DNA from: an uncultured cyanobacterium
GTDB taxonomy: Bacteria > Cyanobacteriota > Cyanobacteriia > Cyanobacteriales > CAWCAG01
NCBI GenBank assembly: GCA_963803805.1
Contig: CAWDOD010000006.1
Span: forward strand, 224,001-288,000
DNA: 64,000 nucleotides
Direction: 5' to 3'
In this document: positions 20,562 to 30,165 of the stretch, one piece after another
How positions within the stretch are numbered: the stretch's first letter is position 1
Layout of the letters: each line of letters starts with the position of its first letter
Notes under the pieces: generated by a model
Seen by the model: the letters and a program-made list of their open reading frames with translations, nothing else
The model's database searches: none
Told to the model about the DNA's origin: nothing
Position numbers and translations under genes: made by a program

Positions 20562-23303
20562 TTGATGAATAAAATCTTCCCAAAATTATCCCTAGTTGGT
20601 AGTTTAGCATTGAATTGTTTAGGTTTGAGCTTTCAAGTTCAAGCTCAAATAACCCCAGATTCTACAGTTGGCACTCTTGTTAATAGTAGCAACGGTACTC
20701 CCTGTGTAGCTGCTATCTGCGCCATTACAGGGGGAAATCTCCAAGGTTCCAACCTCTTCCATAGCTTCAGGGACTTTTCCCTAGTCGGAGGCAATACAGT
20801 CCAATTTAATAATGGTGCTGTAACCAATACTTTTGTCCGAGTTACGGGGGGACAAATTTCTAACCTTGATGGCATAATTAATGCTAGCAATACTACCAAT
20901 TTATATTTACTTAACCCCAACGGTATTACCTTTGGCAGCAACGCCCAACTAAATATTAGTGGTTCTTTCTTTGCTAGTACCGCAGACAGAGTAACCTTCA
21001 CCGATAATAGTTTTTTCAGCGCTACAGATACTAGCAATTCTGCCCTATTAACGGTAACTGCCCCAGTTGGTTTGCAGATATTTGCTAATCCTGGGGCTAT
21101 CATTAATCGTTCTACAACTGGGTTAGCTGTTAATCCAGGTCAAAATATTACCTTGATTGGCGGTGATATTAGTTTAGAAGGAAGTAACTTGATTGCTCCA
21201 GGAGGGAAGGTACAATTAGTAAGTACCAGCAACAGCACTTTTAACCTCAACTCTATAGGGGCTGTTCCTAACCCTGGAAAAATCAGCTTAACTTCTGGTG
21301 CAACGGTTAACACTAGTGGTTTGGCAGGAGGAAAAATAACCCTCCAAGGTGGGGCTATTAATCTGGATCAAGCATCTAGTTTAATCTCTGACACCTTCGG
21401 TAATTTACCCGGTGCAGGTATTGATATTCAAGCCACAGAATTTAAGCTAGAAGACCGTTCTTACCTTTCCTCCTCAACGTTTTTAGGTAATGCCAAGGCC
21501 GGGGATATTAACATCAATTCTTCAGTGGTAGAACTCAACGGAGCTGCCCCTAATGGCCTTAAAGATGAAATTAGATTAGGTACTTTTAATCCTTTAGCAC
21601 TGCGAGATGGCTTGTATAGCTTTAGTGCAGGAGGCGGTGCTGCGGGCAAGGTTAAGATTACCGCAAACCGATTACTATCTAAGGGTGGTGCAGCTATCCT
21701 CACAACTGCTTTTGCTAATGGTGCTGGGGGGGATATGGATTTCAACGTTACCGGATTAGCAGAAATTGATGAAGGTTCTATTTTCCTGGCTGGCACGGCT
21801 GGGGTAGGGGCTTCGGGGGTCTTTGAATTCACAGCAGGGCAGTTGCGCTTGCTTAACGGCTCAGTTTTCAGTACCACCCCTAACCAAATTAGTTCCGGCA
21901 AGGGTGGGGATATGACTATTAATGCAGGAAGCGTCGAAATTAGGGGAACGCCTGCCAATGCAACTGCTCCCGTAGGCTTGTTTACCACCACCCTTGGCGG
22001 AGGAGCCGCAGGTAACTTAAAAATTACAACAGGACAGCTTGTAGTAGCTGAAGGAGGGCAACTTTCCTCTGCCACATCCGGGGCAGCTAAAGGTGGCAAT
22101 CTTGATGTTATTGCGGATGTGGTTGATCTAAGGGGTATTTCACCAGATGGCATATTTTTGAGTGGTTTGTTCGCTTCTTCCTCTCTACTCACTGTGGGAG
22201 GACAACCGGGTAATGCCGCCGCAGGGAATCTTACTATTAATAGTAAACGAGTTAGTGTGAGGGATGGGGCGCAAATTTCTGTGGCAACAGGGGGAAGCAA
22301 CCCAGCAGGGAGCATCTCCATTAAGGCTTCAGAATCAGTTGAAGTGTCAGGGTTTGCCACAGGAGTAAATCCTTTTGTCGAAGCAGTTTCTTTTGGTGTC
22401 TTGGGTGATGGCATTGTCCCTAGTGCCATTGATTCTAATACCAGTGGTGCAGGGGCAGCCGGAAACATTGATATTCATACAAAAGATTTTAGGGTAGAAA
22501 ATGGGGCAGAAGTTGGAGTAAGAGCTACTAGTACCGGTGGGGCTGGCAACCTTAATGTCAAAGCAAGGCGCATTCTTCTTGATAATCAAGGAACTATCTC
22601 CGCAGCAACAGTTACGGGGGCAGGGGGTAACATTCGTTTAAATGCTATAGGGATTATTCTGCGGCGTAACAGTCGTATTGCAACGGATGCTGGTAATGCA
22701 GATGGAGGCAACATCATCATGGAAACCGGCGTACTTGCAGCCCTAGAAAATAGTGATATTACTGCCAATGCTCAACAAGGTAGAGGTGGTAGGGTGATTA
22801 TTACGGCTGAAGGTATTTTTGGAACAGAGTTTCGTGCTTTCTTAACTCCCCAAAGTGACATTACTGCAACCTCTGACCTCGGGCCGCAATTTAGCGGTGT
22901 GGTAGATATTACCACCTTGGGAGTTGACCCTAGTTCGGGACTTGTGGAGTTACCAGATGAAGTTGTTGATCCCACCGAACAAATTGCTGTTGGTTGTGCT
23001 ACCTCTGCTGAAAGTCGCTTTATCATCACAGGTAGAGGGGGTTTGCCAGAAGATGCAGCAGGAACTATTCGAGGGGAAACTATATGGCAAGATTTACAAG
23101 ATTTTTCTGGGGAAGAACAACTTAGCAACACTGTGCAGCCTCCCCAGGCAAATAATTCTTCTTCAACTACCGAACCTTTACCTGTTCAAGCAACAGGCTG
23201 GGTAGTTAATGAATCAGGAAATCTAGAATTAGTGGCGCATCTATCAGAAGCCGGTATTCAGGGATCATGGGCTGATGTACCGGAGTGTGGGGTGGGAAGT
23301 TAA
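20562..23303 (+). CDS. Filamentous haemagglutinin-like TpsA exoprotein
   Basis: Signal peptide VQA|Q; TPS domain NLFHSF, RVTGG and LLNPNGI; Gly-rich beta-helix repeats; C-terminal ITGRGGLP and QATGWV. Confidence 0.9.
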   Translation: MMNKIFPKLSLVGSLALNCLGLSFQVQAQITPDSTVGTLVNSSNGTPCVAAICAITGGNLQGSNLFHSFRDFSLVGGNTVQFNNGAVTNTFVRVTGGQISNLDGIINASNTTNLYLLNPNGITFGSNAQLNISGSFFASTADRVTFTDNSFFSATDTSNSALLTVTAPVGLQIFANPGAIINRSTTGLAVNPGQNITLIGGDISLEGSNLIAPGGKVQLVSTSNSTFNLNSIGAVPNPGKISLTSGATVNTSGLAGGKITLQGGAINLDQASSLISDTFGNLPGAGIDIQATEFKLEDRSYLSSSTFLGNAKAGDININSSVVELNGAAPNGLKDEIRLGTFNPLALRDGLYSFSAGGGAAGKVKITANRLLSKGGAAILTTAFANGAGGDMDFNVTGLAEIDEGSIFLAGTAGVGASGVFEFTAGQLRLLNGSVFSTTPNQISSGKGGDMTINAGSVEIRGTPANATAPVGLFTTTLGGGAAGNLKITTGQLVVAEGGQLSSATSGAAKGGNLDVIADVVDLRGISPDGIFLSGLFASSSLLTVGGQPGNAAAGNLTINSKRVSVRDGAQISVATGGSNPAGSISIKASESVEVSGFATGVNPFVEAVSFGVLGDGIVPSAIDSNTSGAGAAGNIDIHTKDFRVENGAEVGVRATSTGGAGNLNVKARRILLDNQGTISAATVTGAGGNIRLNAIGIILRRNSRIATDAGNADGGNIIMETGVLAALENSDITANAQQGRGGRVIITAEGIFGTEFRAFLTPQSDITATSDLGPQFSGVVDITTLGVDPSSGLVELPDEVVDPTEQIAVGCATSAESRFIITGRGGLPEDAAGTIRGETIWQDLQDFSGEEQLSNTVQPPQANNSSSTTEPLPVQATGWVVNESGNLELVAHLSEAGIQGSWADVPECGVGS

Positions 23304-23310
23304 GTAAATA

Positions 23311-23336
23311 GGTAATGGGTAATGGGTAATGGGTAA
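23311..23336. repeat. Heptamer tandem repeat (GGGTAAT)n between the TpsA and CHAT genes
   Basis: GGTAAT-GGGTAAT-GGGTAAT-GGGTAA; related tracts near 15053-15077 and, in reverse, 32663-32690. Confidence 0.85.
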
Positions 23337-23403
23337 ATCTACGCTGTTCCCAGCTTCCTGCTCCCTTCTGCATAGAAAACTTTAAGCAAATTGGATTAAT
23401 ATA

Positions 23404-25989
23404 ATGTTTCTCTGGGAAATTAAACGTACTGTTAAGTACTTGTTTGCAAGGACAGGCTTCAGTAAGGTTAAGTTTGTTGCTTGGGCGATCGCAACTTTAT
23501 TTGTGGTGACATCTTTTATTCCTGCTGTGGCCCAAAGTCCTCCACTTCAACATAATCAAATAGTACAAGTCAACCTTTTGCAACAAGGCAAACAGCTTTA
23601 TGAAGGAGGAAGATTAGCTGAAGCTGCTACAACCTGGCAACAAGCACTGGATAACTATCAACAACAAGACGCTACTCTTAAGCAAGTTCAAACCTTGAAT
23701 TACCTCACCTTAGTTTATCAAGACTTAGGAAAATGGTCAGAAGCTAAAGAGGCGATCACCACTAGTTTAACATTATTGCAAAGTCAGTCAGAATTAACCT
23801 CCATGGGTATTGCTTTGTGGGGGCAAACCTTAAACAATCAAGGGAGTTGGCAACTGGCTAGAGGACAAACTGAAGCTGCCCTGGAGACTTGGAAACAAGC
23901 GGCACAGAAATACCAAGAGGCGGGTAATGACCAAGGGAGGTTAGGAACTCAAATTAATCAAGCCCAAGCCCTGCAAGTTTTAGGACAGTATCGTCAAGCA
24001 AAATCCCTCTTAGAAAAAATTGAGCAACAATTGCAATCTCAACCAGATTCTTTACTCAAAGCTGATGGTTTGAGAAGTTTGGGGCGGGCTTTACAAACCG
24101 TTGGAGATCTGCGCCAAGCTAAGGTTATTTTAGAGGAGAGTTGGCAGATTAGCGATCGCCTCAATTCAACAGATGATGTGAGTGCCACAATTTTTAGTTT
24201 GGCTAACGTGGCTAGGAACTTAGGACAAGAACAAGTTGCCCTAGATTACTATCAAGAAGCGGCGAGGACGGCCCAAAATCCGATCATTGTTCTCCAAGCT
24301 CAATTAAATCAATTAAGCCTCTTGGTTGCTCAGGAAAGGGTGAATGATGCAACTCAGCTTATACCCTCAATCAAAGCCCAAATCAAAAACTTACATCCCA
24401 ACAGGGGTTTGGTTTATGCCAGGGTTAATTTTGCCGAAAGTTTGATGAAGTTTTCCTCCAGGGCTAATTATGACTCAGAAATTGCTCAGTTATTAGCAGA
24501 GGGAGTAAAAGAAGCCAAGCAACTACAAGATCCCCGTGCCGAAGCCGCAATACTTAACCAATTAGGTAAACTTTATAGCCAAAAGCAACAATGGACAGAA
24601 GCTGGTGAAGTTACTCAACAAGCACTTTACATCGCCCAAACCATTAACGCTGATGATTTAATCGCCCGTACTTCCTGGCAATTGGGTAAAGTATTTAAGC
24701 AAGAAAATAAAACCCAAAAGGCGATCGCCTCTTATCAACAAGCTTGGGAAACTCTACAAAAGTTACGCAGTGATCTTGTCTCCGTAAATTCTGATATTCA
24801 ATTTGATTTTCAAGAAAGCGTTGAACCGGTTTACCGAGAATTAGTCAGTTTATTATTGCAAGCAGAGGATAATCAAGACAATCTGCAACAAGCCCGTCAA
24901 GTAATTGAAGCCTTGCAGCTAGCAGAAATAGAAGACTTCTTCCAAGAAGCTTGTTTAGAAGCTCGTCCGGTGGAACTTGAAAGCCTTGATGCTAAAGCAG
25001 CGGTTATTTACCCGATCATTTTAAGCGATCGCTTAGAAGTAATTCTTTCTTTACCAGATAAACCCTTAAAGCATTATGCCACTCAATTGGACTCCCAGAA
25101 AGTCAACAATATACTACAAAAACTATACTCTTCCTTCTATTTGGGGTATTCTAATGAAGAGCGGCTGCAACTTGCCCAACAGGTTTATGGCTGGCTAATC
25201 CAATCTGCGGAGGAAGACTTAGCAAGCAATAATATTCAAACCCTCGTGTTTGTCCTTGACGGCTTCTTAAGAAGCTTGCCCATGAATGCCCTTTATGATG
25301 GTAAGCAATACTTAATCGAAAAGTATAGCATCGCTCTGAGTCCTGGGTTGCAACTACTACCACAAGCACGTTCGAGAGCCAAACTCCAAGCCTTAACCGC
25401 CGGCTTAACCCAAGCTCGCGCTGGGTTTCCGCCCTTACCCGGAGTCGCCGTAGAAGTAGAACAAATCTCTTCTGATTTGAATGACCCTAAAGTGATGCTA
25501 GATGAGAACTTTACCCGTCTTGCTTTCCAAAGCCAAATTCAAGCCAAGGACTTTGGCATCGTTCACCTAGCCACCCACGGGCAGTTTAGTTCTGATCCAG
25601 AACAGACTTTTTTACTCACTTGGGACGATCGGATTAAAGTGAAGGATTTTGCTCGTTTGTTCCAAGAAAAGGGTCAAGGAACCAAACCTGTAGAGTTACT
25701 TGTTCTTAGTGCTTGTCAAACAGCAGCAGGAGATCGACGAGCAGCCCTAGGATTAGCGGGATTTGCCTTACGATCAGGAGCGCTCAGCACTGTAGCAACT
25801 CTCTGGTCTGTTAACGACCAGTCTACTGCTGAACTTATGAGCGAGTTTTATCAACAACTAACCAAAGTTGATGTCAGTTTAACTAAAGCAGAATCTCTGC
25901 GTCAAGCTCAACTCAAGTTGTTGAAAAACCCTCTTTATAACCATCCCTATTATTGGGCCCCTTTTGTCTTAGTTGGCAACTGGTTGTAA
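23404..25989 (+). CDS. Exported TPR + CHAT (caspase-HetF) protease
   Basis: Signal peptide AVA|Q; TPR helices; intact dyad VHLATHG and VLSACQTA; HPYYWAPFVLVGNW. Confidence 0.93.
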   Translation: MFLWEIKRTVKYLFARTGFSKVKFVAWAIATLFVVTSFIPAVAQSPPLQHNQIVQVNLLQQGKQLYEGGRLAEAATTWQQALDNYQQQDATLKQVQTLNYLTLVYQDLGKWSEAKEAITTSLTLLQSQSELTSMGIALWGQTLNNQGSWQLARGQTEAALETWKQAAQKYQEAGNDQGRLGTQINQAQALQVLGQYRQAKSLLEKIEQQLQSQPDSLLKADGLRSLGRALQTVGDLRQAKVILEESWQISDRLNSTDDVSATIFSLANVARNLGQEQVALDYYQEAARTAQNPIIVLQAQLNQLSLLVAQERVNDATQLIPSIKAQIKNLHPNRGLVYARVNFAESLMKFSSRANYDSEIAQLLAEGVKEAKQLQDPRAEAAILNQLGKLYSQKQQWTEAGEVTQQALYIAQTINADDLIARTSWQLGKVFKQENKTQKAIASYQQAWETLQKLRSDLVSVNSDIQFDFQESVEPVYRELVSLLLQAEDNQDNLQQARQVIEALQLAEIEDFFQEACLEARPVELESLDAKAAVIYPIILSDRLEVILSLPDKPLKHYATQLDSQKVNNILQKLYSSFYLGYSNEERLQLAQQVYGWLIQSAEEDLASNNIQTLVFVLDGFLRSLPMNALYDGKQYLIEKYSIALSPGLQLLPQARSRAKLQALTAGLTQARAGFPPLPGVAVEVEQISSDLNDPKVMLDENFTRLAFQSQIQAKDFGIVHLATHGQFSSDPEQTFLLTWDDRIKVKDFARLFQEKGQGTKPVELLVLSACQTAAGDRRAALGLAGFALRSGALSTVATLWSVNDQSTAELMSEFYQQLTKVDVSLTKAESLRQAQLKLLKNPLYNHPYYWAPFVLVGNWL

Positions 25990-26030
25990 AGAGTTACTTT
26001 TATGTTCATCACCCATGAGGATTAATATCC

Positions 26031-27035
26031 ATGTTTAAATTACAAAGTTCTCTTTCTCGTCAGCTATTTTTCTTCATATTCACAGCCTTGATTGCTGTTG
26101 GTAGTAGTTTATCTCAATCCGCTTTTGCCCAAGCTACATCAAGTGAAGATAATCTAACTCCTGACATTAAATTTCAGCCCCCAGGAGATCCTGCTCCCGG
26201 TGGTGGTACAGGAGGAGCAAGTCGCGGTGATATTCAGTTTAAAGTCCCCGGAGAGCCTGCCCCCAGTGATACTACAGGGGGAGGAAGTCGTGGTGATGTC
26301 GAATTTCGTCCTGTGGGTGATCCCACCCCCGATAGTGCTACAGGAGGAGCAAGTCGTGGGGATCTTCAATTCCGTCCGGTGGGGGAACCTGCACCTAAAA
26401 GCAGTGTAGGAGGGGGCAGTCGTGGAGATTTGGCCTTTCGCCCAGTGGGTAAACCGGCCCCAGAAAGAACAGTGGGGGGAGGCAGTCGTAGCGATGATGC
26501 CTTAGCCAAAGTTGTTCCTTTACTCCCCAGCAATCAATACGGACATACCGTAGCATCTCATCCGACTTTTTACGTTTACTTACCCACAAGCTCTGTTAAG
26601 CAAGTATTTTTCAGCATCCAAGATAAAAATAAGCAAAATCTCTACCAAACTACTTTAGAGGTTTCTGGCGAAGGGGGAATCCTTAGTTTTACTTTACCAG
26701 AAGATGCTCCAGAATTAGAGTTGGATAAAGATTATCAATGGTTCTTTGCAACCATCGAACCAAAGGGTATTTTACGCCCTGATAATTATGGGGTAACTGG
26801 TTGGATAAAGCGAGTTGCGCCACCAACAGCAGCAGTTGCTGATGCAGATTTATCTGCCATTGAACGTGCAGCTTTATATGCCAATGCCGGAATTTGGTAC
26901 GATACCTTAAGCTTGATTGCTAGGGCCAAATTGGAGCAACCGAACAATAGTAGTTTGCAAGGTGAATGGCAAGACTTGTTGAAGCAAGTAGATTTAGATA
27001 CAGTTGCAACTCAACCTTTGACAGAGCAGTTGTAG
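26031..27035 (+). CDS. Exported DUF928 protein with five N-terminal 22-aa repeats
   Basis: Signal peptide AFA|Q; TVASHPTFYVYLP, YQWFF, GWIKRV, YANAGIWYDTL and WQDLLKQV. Confidence 0.88.
   Translation: MFKLQSSLSRQLFFFIFTALIAVGSSLSQSAFAQATSSEDNLTPDIKFQPPGDPAPGGGTGGASRGDIQFKVPGEPAPSDTTGGGSRGDVEFRPVGDPTPDSATGGASRGDLQFRPVGEPAPKSSVGGGSRGDLAFRPVGKPAPERTVGGGSRSDDALAKVVPLLPSNQYGHTVASHPTFYVYLPTSSVKQVFFSIQDKNKQNLYQTTLEVSGEGGILSFTLPEDAPELELDKDYQWFFATIEPKGILRPDNYGVTGWIKRVAPPTAAVADADLSAIERAALYANAGIWYDTLSLIARAKLEQPNNSSLQGEWQDLLKQVDLDTVATQPLTEQL
26163..26492 (+). repeat. Five tandem 66-bp coding repeats, consensus D-x-x-F-x-(P/V)-x-G-x-P-x-P-x4-GG(A/G)SR(G/S)
   Basis: DIKFQPPGDPAPGGGTGGASRG / DIQFKVPGEPAPSDTTGGGSRG / DVEFRPVGDPTPDSATGGASRG / DLQFRPVGEPAPKSSVGGGSRG / DLAFRPVGKPAPERTVGGGSRS. 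Confidence 0.95.
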
Positions 27036-27239
27036 TGATTTGTCAAAGGTTAACTGCTGTTTTACTCCCCCCTGCCTTCTCAAGGGGGAGAATCTAGCAA
27101 AAGCTTTCTAGCTTCCAGTCCCTCTTTGTAAGGGAAATTTAGGAAGAGCAAGGAAGTGATGAACAACAATTTTTTGCCATGTTGCTCATCAGCTATAGAC
27201 TTAGACTTCTCAGTAGCTAACATAAAATGGTATGAGTCT

Positions 27240-27533
27240 GTGATCTTAGAAGTTGCGATTCTTGATGTTAAGCCTGGTTTGGGTGCTGAGTTTGAAACTG
27301 CTTTCCAAACTGCCTCAATCATTATTGCTTCCATGCCAGGGTATATTGCTCATGAACTTCAACGTTGTCTAGAAACTGCCAACCGATATATTTTGCTTGT
27401 ACGCTGGCACAAGTTGGAAGATCATACCATTGGGTTTAGACAGTCCCCAGAATATCAAGAGTGGCGTTCTTTATTGCATCATTTTTATGAACCATTCCCA
27501 ACGGTAGAACATTATCAATTGGTAATTATTTAA
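27240..27533 (+). CDS. Antibiotic biosynthesis monooxygenase (ABM) family protein
   Basis: Likely GTG start at 27240; ILEVAILDVKPG, LEDHTIGFRQS and LLHHFYEPFPTVEHY. Confidence 0.88.
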   Translation: MILEVAILDVKPGLGAEFETAFQTASIIIASMPGYIAHELQRCLETANRYILLVRWHKLEDHTIGFRQSPEYQEWRSLLHHFYEPFPTVEHYQLVII

Positions 27534-27659
27534 TTTGGTTGGAAATCTCTCCTTACTAAAAAATAGCTGTGAACTTTTTGGAGAGTACTTGCGGAAAACT
27601 CCTATGGGTTTCTGTAGAAACTCAACAACGTTGAATCCCAAATACGAAAGCTCATCCCC

Positions 27660-28463
27660 ATGAACAAAAAGATTGTTTTAGGTAGTTTTTTAGCTAGCGG
27701 ATTAATCGGTATCTCCTTGCTTACTGGTTGCGGAAATACAACCTCGAAACAAGCAATAGAACCAGCAACCACAGAAGAAACAACCACTACCACAACTCAA
27801 GAATCTCCTCCTGTCCCACAAGCTAATTCCCCTGTCCCCGCCGCTTCTCAAGGGGCTAAGGGGAATGTTGCTAGTAACAGCATTAAGCAAACGGGAACAG
27901 AACTTTGTACCAATGCAGCAGGTGCAAGACCAACTATCGCTTATTATGAAACTAAAGGTTTTGAAGTATCTATCTGCGGCAGGGATGGCGATATTTATTA
28001 CCACGGGGCTGATAAAAAGAATGGTAATGCTATAACTTTGCCTGCTAGCTATCGCAACGGTGCTGGTTATGTAGCCGTTAATGGCAAAACAACTTACATT
28101 ATCAACCAATCTTCCCTAACTGTATTAGATAACGGCAAGGAAATCCTTAACCAAGCGGTTATTACTGCCTCGGATTCAGAAACTGATGGTAATCAAGCTT
28201 ATTGCCCCGATGCTGCTGGGGGAACACCTCAAATTGAATCCTATGAAACTAAAGGATTTAATGTTTATCTCTGTGGCGGGGATGGAGAAATTTTCTATCA
28301 CGGCGTTGATAAAAAGAATGGTAATGCTATAACTTTACCGGCTAGCTATCGCAACGGTGCTGGTTATGTAGCCGTTAATGGCAAGACAACTTACATTATT
28401 AACGAATCTTCCTTAACTGTGTTGAATAACGGCAAAGAAATCCTTAGTCAGCCTGTCTTATAA
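27660..28463 (+). CDS. Lipoprotein with two copies of a ~90-aa Cys-containing beta-rich domain
   Basis: Lipobox LLTG|C; internal duplication with 297-nt offset (YETKGF.V.(I/L)C...YHG.DKKNGNAITLPASYRNGAGYVAVNGKTTYIIN). Confidence 0.8.
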   Translation: MNKKIVLGSFLASGLIGISLLTGCGNTTSKQAIEPATTEETTTTTTQESPPVPQANSPVPAASQGAKGNVASNSIKQTGTELCTNAAGARPTIAYYETKGFEVSICGRDGDIYYHGADKKNGNAITLPASYRNGAGYVAVNGKTTYIINQSSLTVLDNGKEILNQAVITASDSETDGNQAYCPDAAGGTPQIESYETKGFNVYLCGGDGEIFYHGVDKKNGNAITLPASYRNGAGYVAVNGKTTYIINESSLTVLNNGKEILSQPVL

Positions 28464-28517
28464 GTTTTTGGGAAAACTTAAGTCATATCGCCAAGTAACT
28501 CAATTAAGTCAAGAAAA

Positions 28518-29132
28518 ATGAACAAAAATATTATTCTCGGTAGTCTCATCGCTGGTGGATTAATCGGCGCTGCTGTTATTATGGGTTTTGTCATGAGCAA
28601 ACCTGATGCCCCACAACAAGCAGCTATTGAAACAGAAGCAACAGAAACTACAGAAGAAGTAGTAGAAGAGCAAAACACTTCCTCAACTCAAACTAATCAA
28701 ACTGCTGTCCCCGCACCTGCCTCACAAGCCCCTGCCCCCGCAGCGCAAAAGGTAACCGCACCTGCCGCACCTGCCTCAAAACCTGCCCCCGTAGCACAAG
28801 CACCCGTACCTACACACGCTCCAGTACCAAAAAAAGCTGTCTCTCAAGAGAATACTTCAGAAGGTTCAGAATTTTGCCCAGATAGAGCAGGAGGAGCGCC
28901 TCAAGTGGCTTTTTATGAAACGAAGAACTTTTATGTTTATATTTGTGATGTTGACCAACTCTATTACCATGGTGTAAGCAAAAAAGATGGTAATTTTATT
29001 AACCTTCCTGCTTACGCTGAAGAGGGAACAGGTTATGTAGCAGAAAATGGAGATTATACTTACATCATTAATGGTGCATCCCTAACTGTTATGCAAGGTG
29101 ACAAAGTTCTTCAAGAAGAAAGGGTTTTTTAA
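28518..29132 (+). CDS. Membrane-anchored paralogue with Pro/Ala-rich linker and one copy of the same domain
   Basis: N-terminus MNKNIILGSLIAGGLIG parallels the previous gene; YETKNFYVYIC...YYHGVSKKDGNFINLPAY. Confidence 0.8.
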   Translation: MNKNIILGSLIAGGLIGAAVIMGFVMSKPDAPQQAAIETEATETTEEVVEEQNTSSTQTNQTAVPAPASQAPAPAAQKVTAPAAPASKPAPVAQAPVPTHAPVPKKAVSQENTSEGSEFCPDRAGGAPQVAFYETKNFYVYICDVDQLYYHGVSKKDGNFINLPAYAEEGTGYVAENGDYTYIINGASLTVMQGDKVLQEERVF

Positions 29133-29233
29133 GAAAACTCCAAGAAAAGATTTATCTATTGGTAAGGATATTTTATTTATTGGAGTACTCTAAGAGTAAG
29201 AGATTTAAGAGATTGAAGTTATGGGGGCATCTA

Positions 29234-30022
29234 TTATTTGAAACGCACTAAATTAACTCGATAACGCTTCTTTTTAGTAATCGCCACATCTCCCACTTCC
29301 AAACGCCCTTTACCCCGCACAGAAATTAAGTCTCCTGATTCTACATTATGACTAGGTTGTTTGACATCTTTCCAGTTGACTCGCACATCTCCTGAACTAA
29401 TCGCTTCGGCCATCTTACTACGAGACATACCCAAACCCGCAGAGGCGATCGCATCTAAACGTAGAGAAGCTTCTACGGTGGTTAGTTCTTTCTTTTTTGG
29501 GGGCCTAACTTTAAGTTCACTCAGTTCAATCCGTTTCGTTTTAACGGGAACAGAACGTACTTGCATTAAAGCTGTTTCTAGAAATTCTCCTAATTCTGGT
29601 ACGACAACAACTTGGGCCCCTCGTTCTCCTAAAACGATAATGTCTCCGACTTTTTCCCTAACTACTCCTGTACCCAAAATTGCTCCCAAAAAGTCCCGGT
29701 GGTTAGCTGGGTCAAAAAGGAAGTTTCCTGCAATATCAAGGGCTTGTAGCTCAATTTGGCTCAGATCAGGGGGAACTTCTTCGCGGGCTATCCCCACTCT
29801 TTGCCTTTCGGCTTGAGGATACCCACCCCAAGCTACCATTTGCACTTCTGTTAAGCGATTAAAAATGCGTTCAACTTCTGCTAAAACAGGGGGAGATAAG
29901 AAGTCAGTTAAAGCCACTTCCCAATTTTTCAGAGAACGTTCAGCCAAATCAAGAACACGAGCAATACTCTCACGATCTTCAACCCCTTTTAATAGTTCTT
30001 CTCTCGGCAACATTTTAATCAA
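29234..30022 (-). CDS. Photosystem II S4-domain protein (YlmH/Sll1252 family)
   Basis: MLPREELLKG, GGYPQAERQR, HRDFLGAILG and SLRLDAIAS. Confidence 0.9.
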   Translation of the reverse strand: MIKMLPREELLKGVEDRESIARVLDLAERSLKNWEVALTDFLSPPVLAEVERIFNRLTEVQMVAWGGYPQAERQRVGIAREEVPPDLSQIELQALDIAGNFLFDPANHRDFLGAILGTGVVREKVGDIIVLGERGAQVVVVPELGEFLETALMQVRSVPVKTKRIELSELKVRPPKKKELTTVEASLRLDAIASAGLGMSRSKMAEAISSGDVRVNWKDVKQPSHNVESGDLISVRGKGRLEVGDVAITKKKRYRVNLVRFK

Positions 30023-30165
30023 TTATTCAGTTATTCAGTTATCAGTGCTTGGACAAGCTTACTAACCTCAGTAAAGATTGTCCTTTTTCCTTTACCCTTT
30101 CCCCCAAACTCAATACACTACAAAGAAAGTATATTCTTAAGTTTTTAGTTTTTAATTTTTAATTC

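Noticed and set aside
21461-22468. 335-aa antisense ORF (and other antisense ORFs) within the TpsA gene
   Set aside because: Shadow ORF expected from Gly/Ala/Thr-rich codons on the coding strand; no recognisable motifs.
27064-27150. CCCCCC...AAGGGGG degenerate palindromic repeat remnant
   Set aside because: Single degraded copy; boundaries and family cannot be supported from this window.
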